A stretch of DNA of 64,000 nt from Candidatus Spongiisociaceae bacterium (GTDB taxonomy: Bacteria; Actinomycetota; Acidimicrobiia; Spongiisociales; Spongiisociaceae). This document shows, piece after piece, positions 55,178 to 64,000 of this stretch; within the stretch, counting starts at the first letter, position 1; every line of letters begins with the position of its first letter. Both the position numbers and the translations under genes were made by a program. The notes under the pieces are model-generated. The model was not told the origin of the DNA. It ran no database searches and worked only from the letters and a program-made list of their open reading frames with translations. The stretch is taken from the NCBI GenBank assembly GCA_965219685.1, contig CBDCOH010000002.1, forward strand, positions 2,848,001-2,912,000, written 5' to 3'.

Positions 55178-55462
55178 ATGGCAAGAAGAACGCCCAACAG
55201 GCGCAGGCGGCGACCCCGGGGACCGAAGACGGTCCGGAAACGGGTCTGCCCCGGGTGCGGCCAGCTGAAGTGCGACAACACGCGGGTCCCCTACGTCGAC
55301 TACAAGGACCTGGCGACGCTGCGCAGGTTCGTCTCCGATCGCGGGAAGATCCGCTCCCGCCGGGTTACCGGTGCATGCGCCCAGTACCAGCGCCGGGTCG
55401 CCACCGCCATCAAGAACGCCCGCGAGATGGCGCTCCTCCCCTACGCAGGCAGCCACCGATGA
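55178..55462 (+). CDS. rpsR: 30S ribosomal protein S18
   Basis: [18 protein letters not shown] and [13 protein letters not shown]. Confidence 0.96.
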   Translation: MARRTPNRRRRRPRGPKTVRKRVCPGCGQLKCDNTRVPYVDYKDLATLRRFVSDRGKIRSRRVTGACAQYQRRVATAIKNAREMALLPYAGSHR

Positions 55463-55905
55463 AGCTCATTCTCACCGCCGACGTAGCCGGGCTGGGTGTC
55501 AAGGGCGACATCGTGCAGGTCGCCAACGGTTACGGTCGGAACTACCTGCTCCCCAAGCGGCTGGCTGTCAAGGCCACCCAGGGCGCGATCAACCAGATAC
55601 AGGAGGCACGCCGGGTCAAGGTAGCGGCCCGCCGGCGGGAGCTCGAAGCGGCCGAGAACCTGAGAAGGCAACTCGCCGCCACCCGGATTGTCATCGCCGC
55701 TCAGGTGACCGACCAGGGCCGCCTGTTCGGGTCGATCGGGAGGAGCGAGGTGATAGACGCCGTCCGTAGCCTGTCGCAGGTCACGCTGCACCGCAAGATG
55801 ATCACGCTGCCCGAACCGATAAAGACGATCGGCTTCCACGAGGTGAAGGTCACCATTGACCCGGAAGTCGAGGTCCTGCTGACTCTGGACGTCATACCGG
55901 CCTGA
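55459..55905 (+). CDS. rplI: 50S ribosomal protein L9
   Basis: [32 protein letters not shown] and GRLFGS. Confidence 0.96.
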   Translation: MKLILTADVAGLGVKGDIVQVANGYGRNYLLPKRLAVKATQGAINQIQEARRVKVAARRRELEAAENLRRQLAATRIVIAAQVTDQGRLFGSIGRSEVIDAVRSLSQVTLHRKMITLPEPIKTIGFHEVKVTIDPEVEVLLTLDVIPA

Positions 55906-56166
55906 GACGCACCCCCTCGCACCCTGGTCAGACCCGGATCCGGGACAGAAAGACAAATTTCTGAGGCCGAACGGGCGACTACGGGCCGTCACGGCCGCGT
56001 AAGCTATTGCAAGCTCGGACGAGAGGCGGGCCGGACCGTCTCTCTGTCCCGTCACTTCCCGCTTCCCCGAGCGACTTCCCCAAGTGACTTCCCCACCCGA
56101 CCGGGAGGCGTCGGTCGCCGCGCCTGCCGGGACGGACCGAGGCCTGGATCGAGTGATCGAGAGAAG

Positions 56167-56188
56167 TGTCACACCCTCTCGGCATACT
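56167..56188 (+). promoter_or_regulatory. RecA-NDp/PafBC-like promoter of dnaB
   Basis: TGTCAC-accctctcgg-CATACT about 83 nt upstream of dnaB. Confidence 0.7.
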
Positions 56189-56271
56189 TCAGGGCAGGCA
56201 CACGCGAAGAGCGAAGGGAAGGGGGAAATGAGAGGGGTAGGTCGGGGGCGACCCGGCATGGGGACACCAGC

Positions 56272-57654
56272 ATGACGATGCCCGAACGGGTCACGGGCCC
56301 GACCCCCGCGCGCCGTCATCTCGCGCCGCCTCATAGTGTGGAGGCGGAGGAGTCGGTGATCGGCGCCATGTTGAGGTCGCGTCCGGCGGCGGATGAGGTG
56401 TTCGAGCGTTTGACGGTTGAGGATCTGTACGTGCCGGCGCATCGGACGATCTTCGAGGCGATGCGACGGTTGTATGACGAGAACCAGCCGATCGATACCG
56501 TGACGGTGGTGGACCGCCTGCATCGGGGTGGTGACCTCGAGGCGGCGGGCGGTCCCGGTTTCGTGGTCCGTTTCTGGGACGCGGTGCCGTCCGCCGCGAA
56601 CGTGGGCTACTACGCCGGCGTGGTGGAGGAGCATTCGCTGCGGCGGCGGATGCTGGATGCCAGCAACCAGATATCAGCGTTGGCGATGAACCTGGACTCC
56701 GAGGTGGACATGGTCCTGGACCAGGCCGAACAAGCCATGCTGGCCGTCGCCGAGCGGCGGGTGGACGGCGGGATGGAGGCGATGGGGAAAGTCCTGGCCC
56801 AGGTGCTGGAACGGCTCGAGAAGGTGGAGTCCGAGGGCCTCGACGTGACCGGCCTCCCAACAGGCCTGGTCGACTTGGACCGCAAGCTCGGGGGGTTGCA
56901 GCCGTCCACTCTGGTGGTGGTGGCAGGCCGCCCCGGGATGGGCAAGAGCGCCCTGGCCATGAACATCGCGTCGCACATTGCGATCCATCACGGGCCGGTG
57001 GCGTACTTCAGCCTGGAGATGTCCCCCACCGAGATCGCCTACCGCTGGCTCGGTTCCCAAGCCCGGGTCGACTCGCTGAAGCTGCGCTCCGGCCTCGGCG
57101 GGGTGGGCGACGCGTCGCGGATCTGGTCGTCGCTGGTCGAGGCCACCTCCAAGCTCTACAAGGTGCCCCTCCACGCCGACGAAGGATCCCGCACGGTCAC
57201 CGACATCCGCGCCAAGTGCCGCCGCCTCAAGCGCAAAACGGGCCTTGCACTGGTGGTAGTGGACTACATGCAGCTCATGCAGGGCCGCAGCCGCGAGAAC
57301 CGCCAACAAGAGATCGCCGAGATCAGCCTCAACCTCAAAGCCCTCGCCCGAGAACTCGACGTACCCGTCATCGCCGTGTCCCAGCTCAACCGGGCACTCG
57401 AAGCCCGCCAGGACAAACGACCCCAACTCGGCGACCTGCGCGAATCAGGCGCCATCGAACAGGACGCCGACGTAGTACTGATGATCTACCGCGACGAGTA
57501 CTACAACAAGGACACCCGCGAGCTCGGCATCGCCGAGATCATCATCGCCAAACAAAGAGCCGGCCCCACCGGCATGATCAAGACCACCTTCGCAGACAAG
57601 TACACCCGCTTCGACAACCTCCCCCACGGCTACACGGACGCCATGGGTCAGTGA
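56272..57654 (+). CDS. dnaB: Replicative DNA helicase
   Basis: PPHSVEAEESVIG, GRPGMGKS, VDYMQLM, SQLNR and DLRESGAIEQDAD; no intein. Confidence 0.97.
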   Translation: MTMPERVTGPTPARRHLAPPHSVEAEESVIGAMLRSRPAADEVFERLTVEDLYVPAHRTIFEAMRRLYDENQPIDTVTVVDRLHRGGDLEAAGGPGFVVRFWDAVPSAANVGYYAGVVEEHSLRRRMLDASNQISALAMNLDSEVDMVLDQAEQAMLAVAERRVDGGMEAMGKVLAQVLERLEKVESEGLDVTGLPTGLVDLDRKLGGLQPSTLVVVAGRPGMGKSALAMNIASHIAIHHGPVAYFSLEMSPTEIAYRWLGSQARVDSLKLRSGLGGVGDASRIWSSLVEATSKLYKVPLHADEGSRTVTDIRAKCRRLKRKTGLALVVVDYMQLMQGRSRENRQQEIAEISLNLKALARELDVPVIAVSQLNRALEARQDKRPQLGDLRESGAIEQDADVVLMIYRDEYYNKDTRELGIAEIIIAKQRAGPTGMIKTTFADKYTRFDNLPHGYTDAMGQ

Positions 57655-57855
57655 GCCCGTTGCCCGTCTTCCGTGGCCCGTTGCCCGTCGTTCGTCTTCC
57701 GTCGGTTCGGTCCACCGTTACTCGTTGCTAACTCCCCGGTCCAGTACCCTAAAGAGTTCCATTCACCATTCACCATTCACCATTCACCATTCACCACTCA
57801 CCACTCACCACTCACCACTCACCACTCACCACTCACCACTCACCACTCACCACTA
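57655..57855. repeat. Two opposed heptamer tracts (GCCCGTT-like, about 7 units; CCATTCA/CCACTCA, 13 units) between convergent dnaB and GTPase genes
   Basis: Direct reading: 57655-57705 and 57759-57855. Confidence 0.88.
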
Positions 57856-58857
57856 GGTGTGGATCTCGATGCGGTCTCCGTCCCGTAGGGGGAAGGCGCG
57901 CCCGATGCGCCGGTCGGGATAACCAGCGCGCATCAGGCGAGCGAACTTGAGGTCACGGACGAAGTCCTTGTGGATCAGGGCAGCCACATCTTCCAGTGTC
58001 TGACCCTGTCTGATCGTGTAGGGACGGTCGTCCCCCTTCTGGGCCGCCGACTCCGTGTAGACGCGGACCACACCCAAGGCCTCGAACAGCCACACCCCCA
58101 CATGCTCGAACTCCCGGTCGGCGACCGATGTACTGAGAACCGGTAGCTCCAGTTCTAGCAGTTCGAGCAGGACCTCCGCTTCCCCCTCCACGTCGTCGAT
58201 CAGCTCCGCCTGGGCGGCCACCAGGGCGGTGGGGAGGAACTTGGAGAAGGGATCGTCGGGATCCGGAGCCGCCCCGGCGCCTCTGGGCCACTCCCCCGTC
58301 AGGTAGATGCGCCTGCCGGCCAGCATACGCACCACCTCGTCCACGCCGGTGACGCAGTCAGCCAACGACAGGTCCACCACCAGAAGCGCCCCGTCGGCCG
58401 GCTGGAGGGCGTTGCCGATCCACGGCATCGGGTGATCGTCGGCCAGCGGCGGAAGATCGATCAGCTGGATGCCGATGTCCTCTACCGGCACCATTCCCGG
58501 CTGCGGGTGATGGGTGGTGAAGGGGTACGGTCCGGCCGGCGCACCCGAGCCGGTCAGCGCGTCGTGGAGCGACGACTTGCCGCTGTTGGGGGGTCCGAGC
58601 AGCGCGATCTGGCCGGCGCCTTCGGGACGGATGGTGAACACGGGACCGCCCCTCGCTCCCCCCTTCCTCGGGCCGGCGAGTTCTTCGGTCAGTTCCTTGA
58701 TCTTGGTCTTGATCCCCGCCTGAAGATGCTCGGTCCCCTTGTGCTTCGGGATGGTCCGCAGCATGGCGCGCAAAGCCACCAACCGTTCCCTGGGCTCCCG
58801 GGCCGCCTTGTAGTCGGCCTCCGCCTTCTTGTACTCCGGGGTGACGTTGGTGGGCAT
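57853..58857 (-). CDS. OBG/DRG-like GTPase with TGS domain
   Basis: MPTNVTPEY, PKHKGTEHL, G1 GPPNSGKSS, G2 YPFTT, G3 DLPP and a C-terminal TGS (IHKDF..FAR..DGDRIEIH). Confidence 0.9.
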   Translation of the reverse strand: MPTNVTPEYKKAEADYKAAREPRERLVALRAMLRTIPKHKGTEHLQAGIKTKIKELTEELAGPRKGGARGGPVFTIRPEGAGQIALLGPPNSGKSSLHDALTGSGAPAGPYPFTTHHPQPGMVPVEDIGIQLIDLPPLADDHPMPWIGNALQPADGALLVVDLSLADCVTGVDEVVRMLAGRRIYLTGEWPRGAGAAPDPDDPFSKFLPTALVAAQAELIDDVEGEAEVLLELLELELPVLSTSVADREFEHVGVWLFEALGVVRVYTESAAQKGDDRPYTIRQGQTLEDVAALIHKDFVRDLKFARLMRAGYPDRRIGRAFPLRDGDRIEIHT

Positions 58858-58977
58858 GTACCCATAATCATGCCTCACACCTGACCGCTACGGCAGCCGA
58901 TCCAGGCTCTCGCGATACGGAACGTGGCTATCGAGCCGCCGGCGGCGCCCGAGTCGGATCGCACGTAAGCTCTCCCG

Positions 58978-59760
58978 ATGTTCCAAGAACTGTCCGAGGG
59001 GGTGTTCCGGCGCCGGTTCCCGTTCCTCCGCCTCAACATCGGGGTGGTGGTCGGCGAGGACGGCGTGCTGCTGGTCGACACCCGGGAGAGCCACGAAGCG
59101 GCCCGTGAGTTGGCCGGAGAACTCAGGAGCCTCACGTCCAAGCCGGTGCGCTGGGTCATGAACACTCACTGGCACTGGGATCACACCTTCGGGAACTCCG
59201 TATTCCCCGATGCCGCCATCTGGGGCCACCGGCTCTGCCGCCGGGCGCTGCGGGACAATCCCGAACAGCACCGGCGCGACGCCCGCATGTGGATGCCAAA
59301 GCGTCGCTTCGACGAGATCGAACGGGTGCAGATCGTCCCGCCGGACGAGACGTTCGAGGCCCTCACCTCCATAGACGTGGGTGGGAGAAAGGTGGAGGCC
59401 ACCCACCACGGCCGCGGCCACACCGACGCCGACATCCTCATCCACTGCGGCGGGGCGACCTTCATGGGCGACCTCGTGGAGGAGGGCGACTCCCCCAAGA
59501 TGGGCGACTCGTACCCGTTCGACTGGCCAAACACCCTGGCCGCCGCCCGTTCGGCCCTCCGACCCACGGTGGTCCCCGGCCACGGCGAACTGCTCACCCC
59601 CGAGGACGTGGAGGACCAGCGTCGCAGACTCGCACAGGTAGCGGAGATGCTGCGAGAGGTGCTGCACGACGGCCGCCCGGCTGATGAGGCGGTACGCAGC
59701 GGACCCATCCCCGAGCTAGATATGCGCAAGGCCCTAGCCCGGGCACGCCAGGCGCAGTAA
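58978..59760 (+). CDS. MBL-fold metallo-hydrolase
   Basis: NTHWHWDHTFGN, GHTDAD, GDLVE and VPGHG. Confidence 0.92.
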   Translation: MFQELSEGVFRRRFPFLRLNIGVVVGEDGVLLVDTRESHEAARELAGELRSLTSKPVRWVMNTHWHWDHTFGNSVFPDAAIWGHRLCRRALRDNPEQHRRDARMWMPKRRFDEIERVQIVPPDETFEALTSIDVGGRKVEATHHGRGHTDADILIHCGGATFMGDLVEEGDSPKMGDSYPFDWPNTLAAARSALRPTVVPGHGELLTPEDVEDQRRRLAQVAEMLREVLHDGRPADEAVRSGPIPELDMRKALARARQAQ

Positions 59761-59856
59761 ACCTCGGTTCGAAGCTCGCATCAGCCGCGATCCTGGAGTC
59801 GCCTCGCGTGGATGAGGTGTCCTCACTCTCCTTCATCGCATGGAAACACCAGCAAG

Positions 59857-60525
59857 CTACGGGCGTTGACCGAGTATCCCCACTGTTCTGCTCCGGGAGA
59901 CGATCCAATTCTTGGTGTCCGGACACATCCATCCGGCGACCTCGACCAGAGCTTCGAAGTCGCCGACTAGATTGCGCCTGTGAATGGGTTCGTGGTGGGC
60001 GATCCGGTTCCGCAACTTATGTAGCCGTGTCATCCGGTCGTAGACGTCGGCGCGCACCGCTCGGGCATTCGGCGCGCCCGGGTGTTGGAGGAAACGCGGA
60101 GGCGAGTGCGGGTACCCAGAGTGATGTCAGGTAGCTTGTCGAGCACAAAACCTCCAGAACCCAAAGTTGAACTCAGCTATCACCTTGCCCCGGCGTTCTG
60201 GCCCACCCGCCCTATTGGCATGATCTCTGGCCTTGGCGATGTCCTCGCATCCCTTCTTCGTGAACAGTCGACAGTCCTGATACCACTCTGTCCGCCATCC
60301 CATCCGCCGGCAGTAGTCGACGAGAGCCGCATCGACGCTGTTACGGAATACGACTTCGAAACGTGCGATGTCTTCGAGCAACGCACCGCTGATTAGCACG
60401 TTCCAGTCGTAGAGTCGGACTGCGGCCTTCTTATGGTGCCCGGTCGCGTCAAGATACGATCCGAGTCGCTCCTTGGTGAGCCGGACGATGATTACGTTGT
60501 GATTGAAGGGTTGGCGCTGTCTCAA
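59857..60525 (-). pseudogene. Abi-family (AbiD/F-like, HEPN RNase) gene disrupted by two compensating frameshifts
   Basis: RLGSY..LYDWN..EVVFRN..FGFW, then YLTSLWVPALASAF in a shifted frame, then LRNRIAHHEPI (RxxxxH) back in the original frame after a TGA. Confidence 0.8.
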
Positions 60526-60724
60526 GAGACTGCTATAGTGGCCTTTGAAGACCCCGGAACCGTCCCTGCTTCGGTAAACGGCCGGGGTTACAGCTTCCCG
60601 AACGTAAGCGAACCTACGGGGTGCCCTCCAAGGCCGGACCCACGGGAGCGTCGGGCGCGCCCCTCCCTCCATGAGACCGACCAGCGCGCTGACCCGACGT
60701 CGCGTATGTCGTGGTAGATGGCTG

Positions 60725-61053
60725 CAACCATGTGATCGCGACCGCGGCCATGACTCACCTGAACCTGGTCCTCGTACATCTGTTCAGCGACGGCAACCGA
60801 CGCGTGGCCCGCTGCCTCCATCACTGGTGGTGGGCTCCGAAGGACTCCTGTCGCCGGTGTTCCTGAGCATCGAGGAATACCTAGGCCGAAATATACCCGC
60901 TTACGACGCGGCACTACAAGATATCGCTCGAGGCGAATGGTCACCAGGTCGCAGTGCCCGTCCTTGGATCGAGTTCTGCATCACTGCCCACTACCGCCAG
61001 GCCATGACCCTCCGCCATCGGATACGAGAAGTGGAGGCCATCTGGGATCGCTG
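60725..61053 (+). pseudogene. Fic family protein fragment
   Basis: AAMTHLNLVLVHLFSDGNRRVARCL (degenerate HPFxDGNGRxxR), a frameshift, then SIEEYLGRN..PWIEFCITAHYRQA. Boundaries are approximate. Confidence 0.75.
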
Positions 61054-61103
61054 CGAACAAATGTTCGTGTTCCATGATGTAGCTATATCAACGGTCTGTG
61101 ACA
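61054..61103 (-). promoter_or_regulatory. Orphan LexA box + PafBC-like promoter (remnant of a DUF222-HNH 5' end)
   Basis: CGAACaaatGTTCG at 61054-61067 and minus-strand TGTCAC-agaccgttga-TATAGC(T); colinear with 15732-15782. Confidence 0.65.
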
Positions 61104-61230
61104 GCGGTCAACCCCTGCAACCGTCATCCATAATTCAGAACGGCTACAGATCGCCTAGGAGGATCCCAACACGGTGGGGAGCAACGGCCCGTCCCCTCCG
61201 GGTCCAGAAGCGAGATCGATCCGGTACCGC

Positions 61231-61794
61231 CTAGCGGAAGTTCTCGTGGATTCGGGAGGCGGTGGGTCCCCGCTGGCCTTGATACTTCGAGCGGGCGGTC
61301 AGCGACCCGTAGGGGTGCTCGGCCGGACTGGACAGCTGGTAGAAGCTGACCTGGCCGATCAGCATGCCGGGGTAGATGGCTATGGGGAGATTGGCGACGT
61401 TGGCCAACTCGAGGGTCAGGTAGCCGTCGAAACCCGGATCCACAAACCCTGCCGTCGAGTGAATGAGGAGGCCGATCCTCCCGAGGCTGGACTTGCCCTC
61501 GAGGCGGGCCACGATGTCGTCCGACAGGCGTATCCGCTCGTGGGTGGAACCGAGCACGAACTCGCCCGGATGCAGGATGAACCTCCCGTCCGGCTCCACC
61601 GCCATCTCCTTGGTCAGGTCGGGCTGGTAGGTCTTCGGGTCGATGAACGGGTAGAGATGGTTCTCGAACACGCGGAAGACACGGTCGACGCGCAGGTCCA
61701 CCGAAGAGGGCTGCACATGGTCTGCAACGTAGGGATCGATCCCTATCCGGCCCGACTCGACGGCCGCCTTGATGTCCCGGTCCGAAAGTATCAC
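61231..61794 (-). CDS. dcd: dCTP deaminase
   Basis: [32 protein letters not shown] and [12 protein letters not shown]. Confidence 0.96.
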   Translation of the reverse strand: MILSDRDIKAAVESGRIGIDPYVADHVQPSSVDLRVDRVFRVFENHLYPFIDPKTYQPDLTKEMAVEPDGRFILHPGEFVLGSTHERIRLSDDIVARLEGKSSLGRIGLLIHSTAGFVDPGFDGYLTLELANVANLPIAIYPGMLIGQVSFYQLSSPAEHPYGSLTARSKYQGQRGPTASRIHENFR

Positions 61795-61964
61795 CTACCC
61801 GCTCCCTCTTTCGGCAAGCACGCGCGGGTCCGCATGTCAGGCGGGAAGTCGGGCGAGTGCGCGCCAAGCGCAGTATAAGTGCCCTCCACCATCGGAAGGG
61901 ATAGCCCGCCGGCACATGGGCGGTAGGCGTTGACTAAGTCGGCGCACTATGGAAGGGTTCGATA

Positions 61965-62294
61965 GTGGTGACGACAGAGCACACCGAGACCACAGCGGAG
62001 TTCGAGGCCCGACTGATGAAGCAGGCGGAGGCTGCGGAGGCCGGAGCGTACGACGACGTGCTGGCGGAGCAACTCCTCTACCTGCTGAGCCAACTGCCGG
62101 ACGGCTACATCCTGGACGAAACGAGCCGCATCGTTCGCCTGGATCCCGACCTGCCGGACCATATCTACGTGACCTCGATGATCAACGGCGTGCCCTCCGG
62201 TCGGGTCAGAGTGCCTGCGTTCCGGGTTGACGAGCCCATAGACAGCCAGGGTGAACGGCCCGTAGCCCCGTCGTCGGTCGAGCGGAGCGGGTGA
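61965..62294 (+). CDS. Hypothetical acidic protein (109 aa)
   Basis: Coding-like GC3 and composition; its 3' end overlaps the tRNA 3' end on the opposite strand. Confidence 0.6.
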   Translation: MVTTEHTETTAEFEARLMKQAEAAEAGAYDDVLAEQLLYLLSQLPDGYILDETSRIVRLDPDLPDHIYVTSMINGVPSGRVRVPAFRVDEPIDSQGERPVAPSSVERSG

Positions 62295-62356
62295 GGGGAA
62301 TCGAACCCCCGTTCTCAGCTTGGGAAGCTGATGTTCTACCACTGAACTACACCCGC
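62286..62356 (-). tRNA. tRNA-Gly (CCC); CCA not encoded
   Basis: GCGGGTG-TA-GTTC AGTGGTA GAAC-A-TCAGC TT CCC AA GCTGA-GAAC-GGGGG TTCGATT CCCCT-CACCCGC-T cloverleaf. Confidence 0.96.
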
Positions 62357-62430
62357 CGACGAGCCACGATGCTAGCCGGGGACGTGGGGCCGTGCACCTC
62401 GCCGGGTACACACCATCGCTGCTTACCCGG

Positions 62431-62646
62431 TCAGCCGATGAGGCCCGAGACACCCCAGACACCGATGACGATGCCGACGATCAGGAGGAAGCGCGCCCTA
62501 CCGGGCCGGTACACGCCCGCAAAACCCTTCGGTCCTTCGCCCCGGGAGTGCTTCCACATGGCGAATCCGTTGCCGGCAACCATGGCGAGGCCGATGGCCG
62601 CCATCATCTGGGCCAGCAGCGTGTCCAATCCGAGGATGTCAGCCAT
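62431..62646 (-). CDS. Small two-TM membrane protein (71 aa)
   Basis: Two hydrophobic helices with a basic loop; fills the gap between genes. Confidence 0.7.
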   Translation of the reverse strand: MADILGLDTLLAQMMAAIGLAMVAGNGFAMWKHSRGEGPKGFAGVYRPGRARFLLIVGIVIGVWGVSGLIG

Positions 62647-62708
62647 ACCCGGCGTACGGTAGCCGCCGGCGGCGCACCGAACCGTCGCGATCCTCGTACA
62701 CTGCGGCC

Positions 62709-63617
62709 ATGGCTTCGCAAGGATCCCGCCTCGCCGTCATCGCGGCACTGGTCGCCAACTCCTGCATCGCCGTCGCCAAGTTCGCGGCCGCAGCCGTAAC
62801 CGGCTCGGCCGCCATGCTCGCCGAGGGCATCCACTCCGTCGCCGACTCCAGCAACCAGGGGATGTTGCTGTGGGGCATGGCGGTCTCCAAGCGGCATGGT
62901 GGCTCCGTCCACCCGTTCGGACGGGGCAAGGAGGTCTACTTCTGGAGTTTCATGGTGGCGGTGATGCTGTTCGTGGGCGGCGCGGTGTTCTCCATCCAGC
63001 ACGGCATCAACGCACTGCGCCATCCCCACGAGGTCGAGAACTTCGTCATCTCGGTGAGCGTTCTGGCAGGGGCCCTGGTCTTCGAACTCTTCCCGTTCGT
63101 GATCGCCATCAAGGAGTTCAACCGGGCGCGCGGCACTCGCTCTGTCTGGCGCTCGGTCCGGGAGACCAAGGACGCGGCCCTGCTCGTCGTCCTCTTCGAG
63201 GACAGTGCCGCGGTGTCAGGCCTGGTGGCGGCGCTAGCCGGGGTGATCGCCTCGGAGGTGACCGGAGATCCGACCTGGGACGCACTGGCTTCGATCCTGA
63301 TCGGCGTCCTGCTGGCCGTGGTGGCCTTCTTCCTCGCGTTCGAGACGAAAGGGCTCCTCATAGGCGAGGCGGCCGGGCGCAGGGACCGCGCCACGATACG
63401 TGCCAGGGTCCTCGCTCACCACAACGTCGAACAGGTAGGCCGGTTGCTTACGATGCATATGGGACCTGAGGAGATCCTTGTGAACCTGGATGTCGAACTG
63501 GTCAACGGCCTGTCGGGGCAGGAAGTTCACCAGACCATCGAAGACGTCGAGGAGGCTGTCCGCTCCGCGATCCCGGCTGCGAAGAACATCTTCGTCGAGG
63601 CGAAAGCCGGCGAATGA
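62709..63617 (+). CDS. Cation diffusion facilitator (CDF) transporter
   Basis: AMLAEGIHSVAD, HPFGRGKE, FEDSAA and LLIGE. Confidence 0.93.
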   Translation: MASQGSRLAVIAALVANSCIAVAKFAAAAVTGSAAMLAEGIHSVADSSNQGMLLWGMAVSKRHGGSVHPFGRGKEVYFWSFMVAVMLFVGGAVFSIQHGINALRHPHEVENFVISVSVLAGALVFELFPFVIAIKEFNRARGTRSVWRSVRETKDAALLVVLFEDSAAVSGLVAALAGVIASEVTGDPTWDALASILIGVLLAVVAFFLAFETKGLLIGEAAGRRDRATIRARVLAHHNVEQVGRLLTMHMGPEEILVNLDVELVNGLSGQEVHQTIEDVEEAVRSAIPAAKNIFVEAKAGE

Positions 63618-64000
63618 AGGAGGCTTCGGCACCGGCATCGTCCGCCAACCTCGGTCCGGGCTTCGACACTCTCGCTCTCGCGCTCGACCTGCGATGCGAG
63701 GTCCGGGCGGAGGTGGCCAGAACCTGGTCGATCCGGCACGTCGGCCCCGAGTCCTATCACGGCAGCGCCGGCGACGACGCCATACTTGCCGCTGCCCGCA
63801 GGGTGAGCCGGCGGCCGCTCCGGATCGAGGTCGCCAACCAGATACCCCTCTGCCGCGGCCTGGGATCCAGCGCGGCCGCATACGCCTCGGGGACGCTGGC
63901 CGCCCATCGGGCCAACGGGGAAGACCCCGGCCACCGCGAACTCTTCCGGTGCGTGCAGGAACTGGAAGGTCACCCCGACAACGCCGCCGCGGCCGTCTAC
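63614..64000 (+). CDS. thrB: Homoserine kinase (runs off the window end)
   Basis: Hand translation: MKEASAPASSANLGPGFDTLALAL...IPSAAGLGSSAAA...EGHPDNAAAA. Confidence 0.93.
   Translation, partial: MKEASAPASSANLGPGFDTLALALDLRCEVRAEVARTWSIRHVGPESYHGSAGDDAILAAARRVSRRPLRIEVANQIPLCRGLGSSAAAYASGTLAAHRANGEDPGHRELFRCVQELEGHPDNAAAAVY

Noticed and set aside
62280-62310. tRNA-Gly 3' end as the attachment site of an integrated element
   Set aside because: No integrase and no duplicated tRNA 3' segment seen; flanking genes are housekeeping (dcd, CDF, thrB).

Overview
High-GC actinobacterial chromosomal window, probably Acidimicrobiia (WhiB, MutT1-type NUDIX fusion, DUF222-HNH, MMPL, rpsF-ssb-rpsR-rplI-dnaB). 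It carries a complete type I-G (I-U) CRISPR-Cas locus: cas7-cas5/6-cas3-cas8g2, cas4/1-cas2, a leader and 27 repeats with 26 spacers. It also has small defence or accessory islands: MNT-HEPN, DUF5131+TcmP, a DUF2335 pair, and a decayed Abi/HEPN + Fic patch. The main unexplained signal is a promoter motif, TGTCAC-N10-(T/C)ANNNT, with the geometry of the actinobacterial RecA-independent (RecA-NDp/PafBC) DNA-damage promoter. It precedes ssb, dnaB, DUF5131-TcmP and the cas interference operon, and near-matches precede DUF222-HNH and one remnant; this suggests DNA-damage-coupled CRISPR immunity. Other candidates are a ~76-nt dispersed structured element upstream of two gamma-glutamyl enzymes (proA, GGCT), a structured 250-nt sigma-factor leader, a divergent GcvP-like operon, strand-polarised heptamer repeats and a skew inversion inside dnaB. 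All calls come from reading the sequence by eye; no database searches were run.
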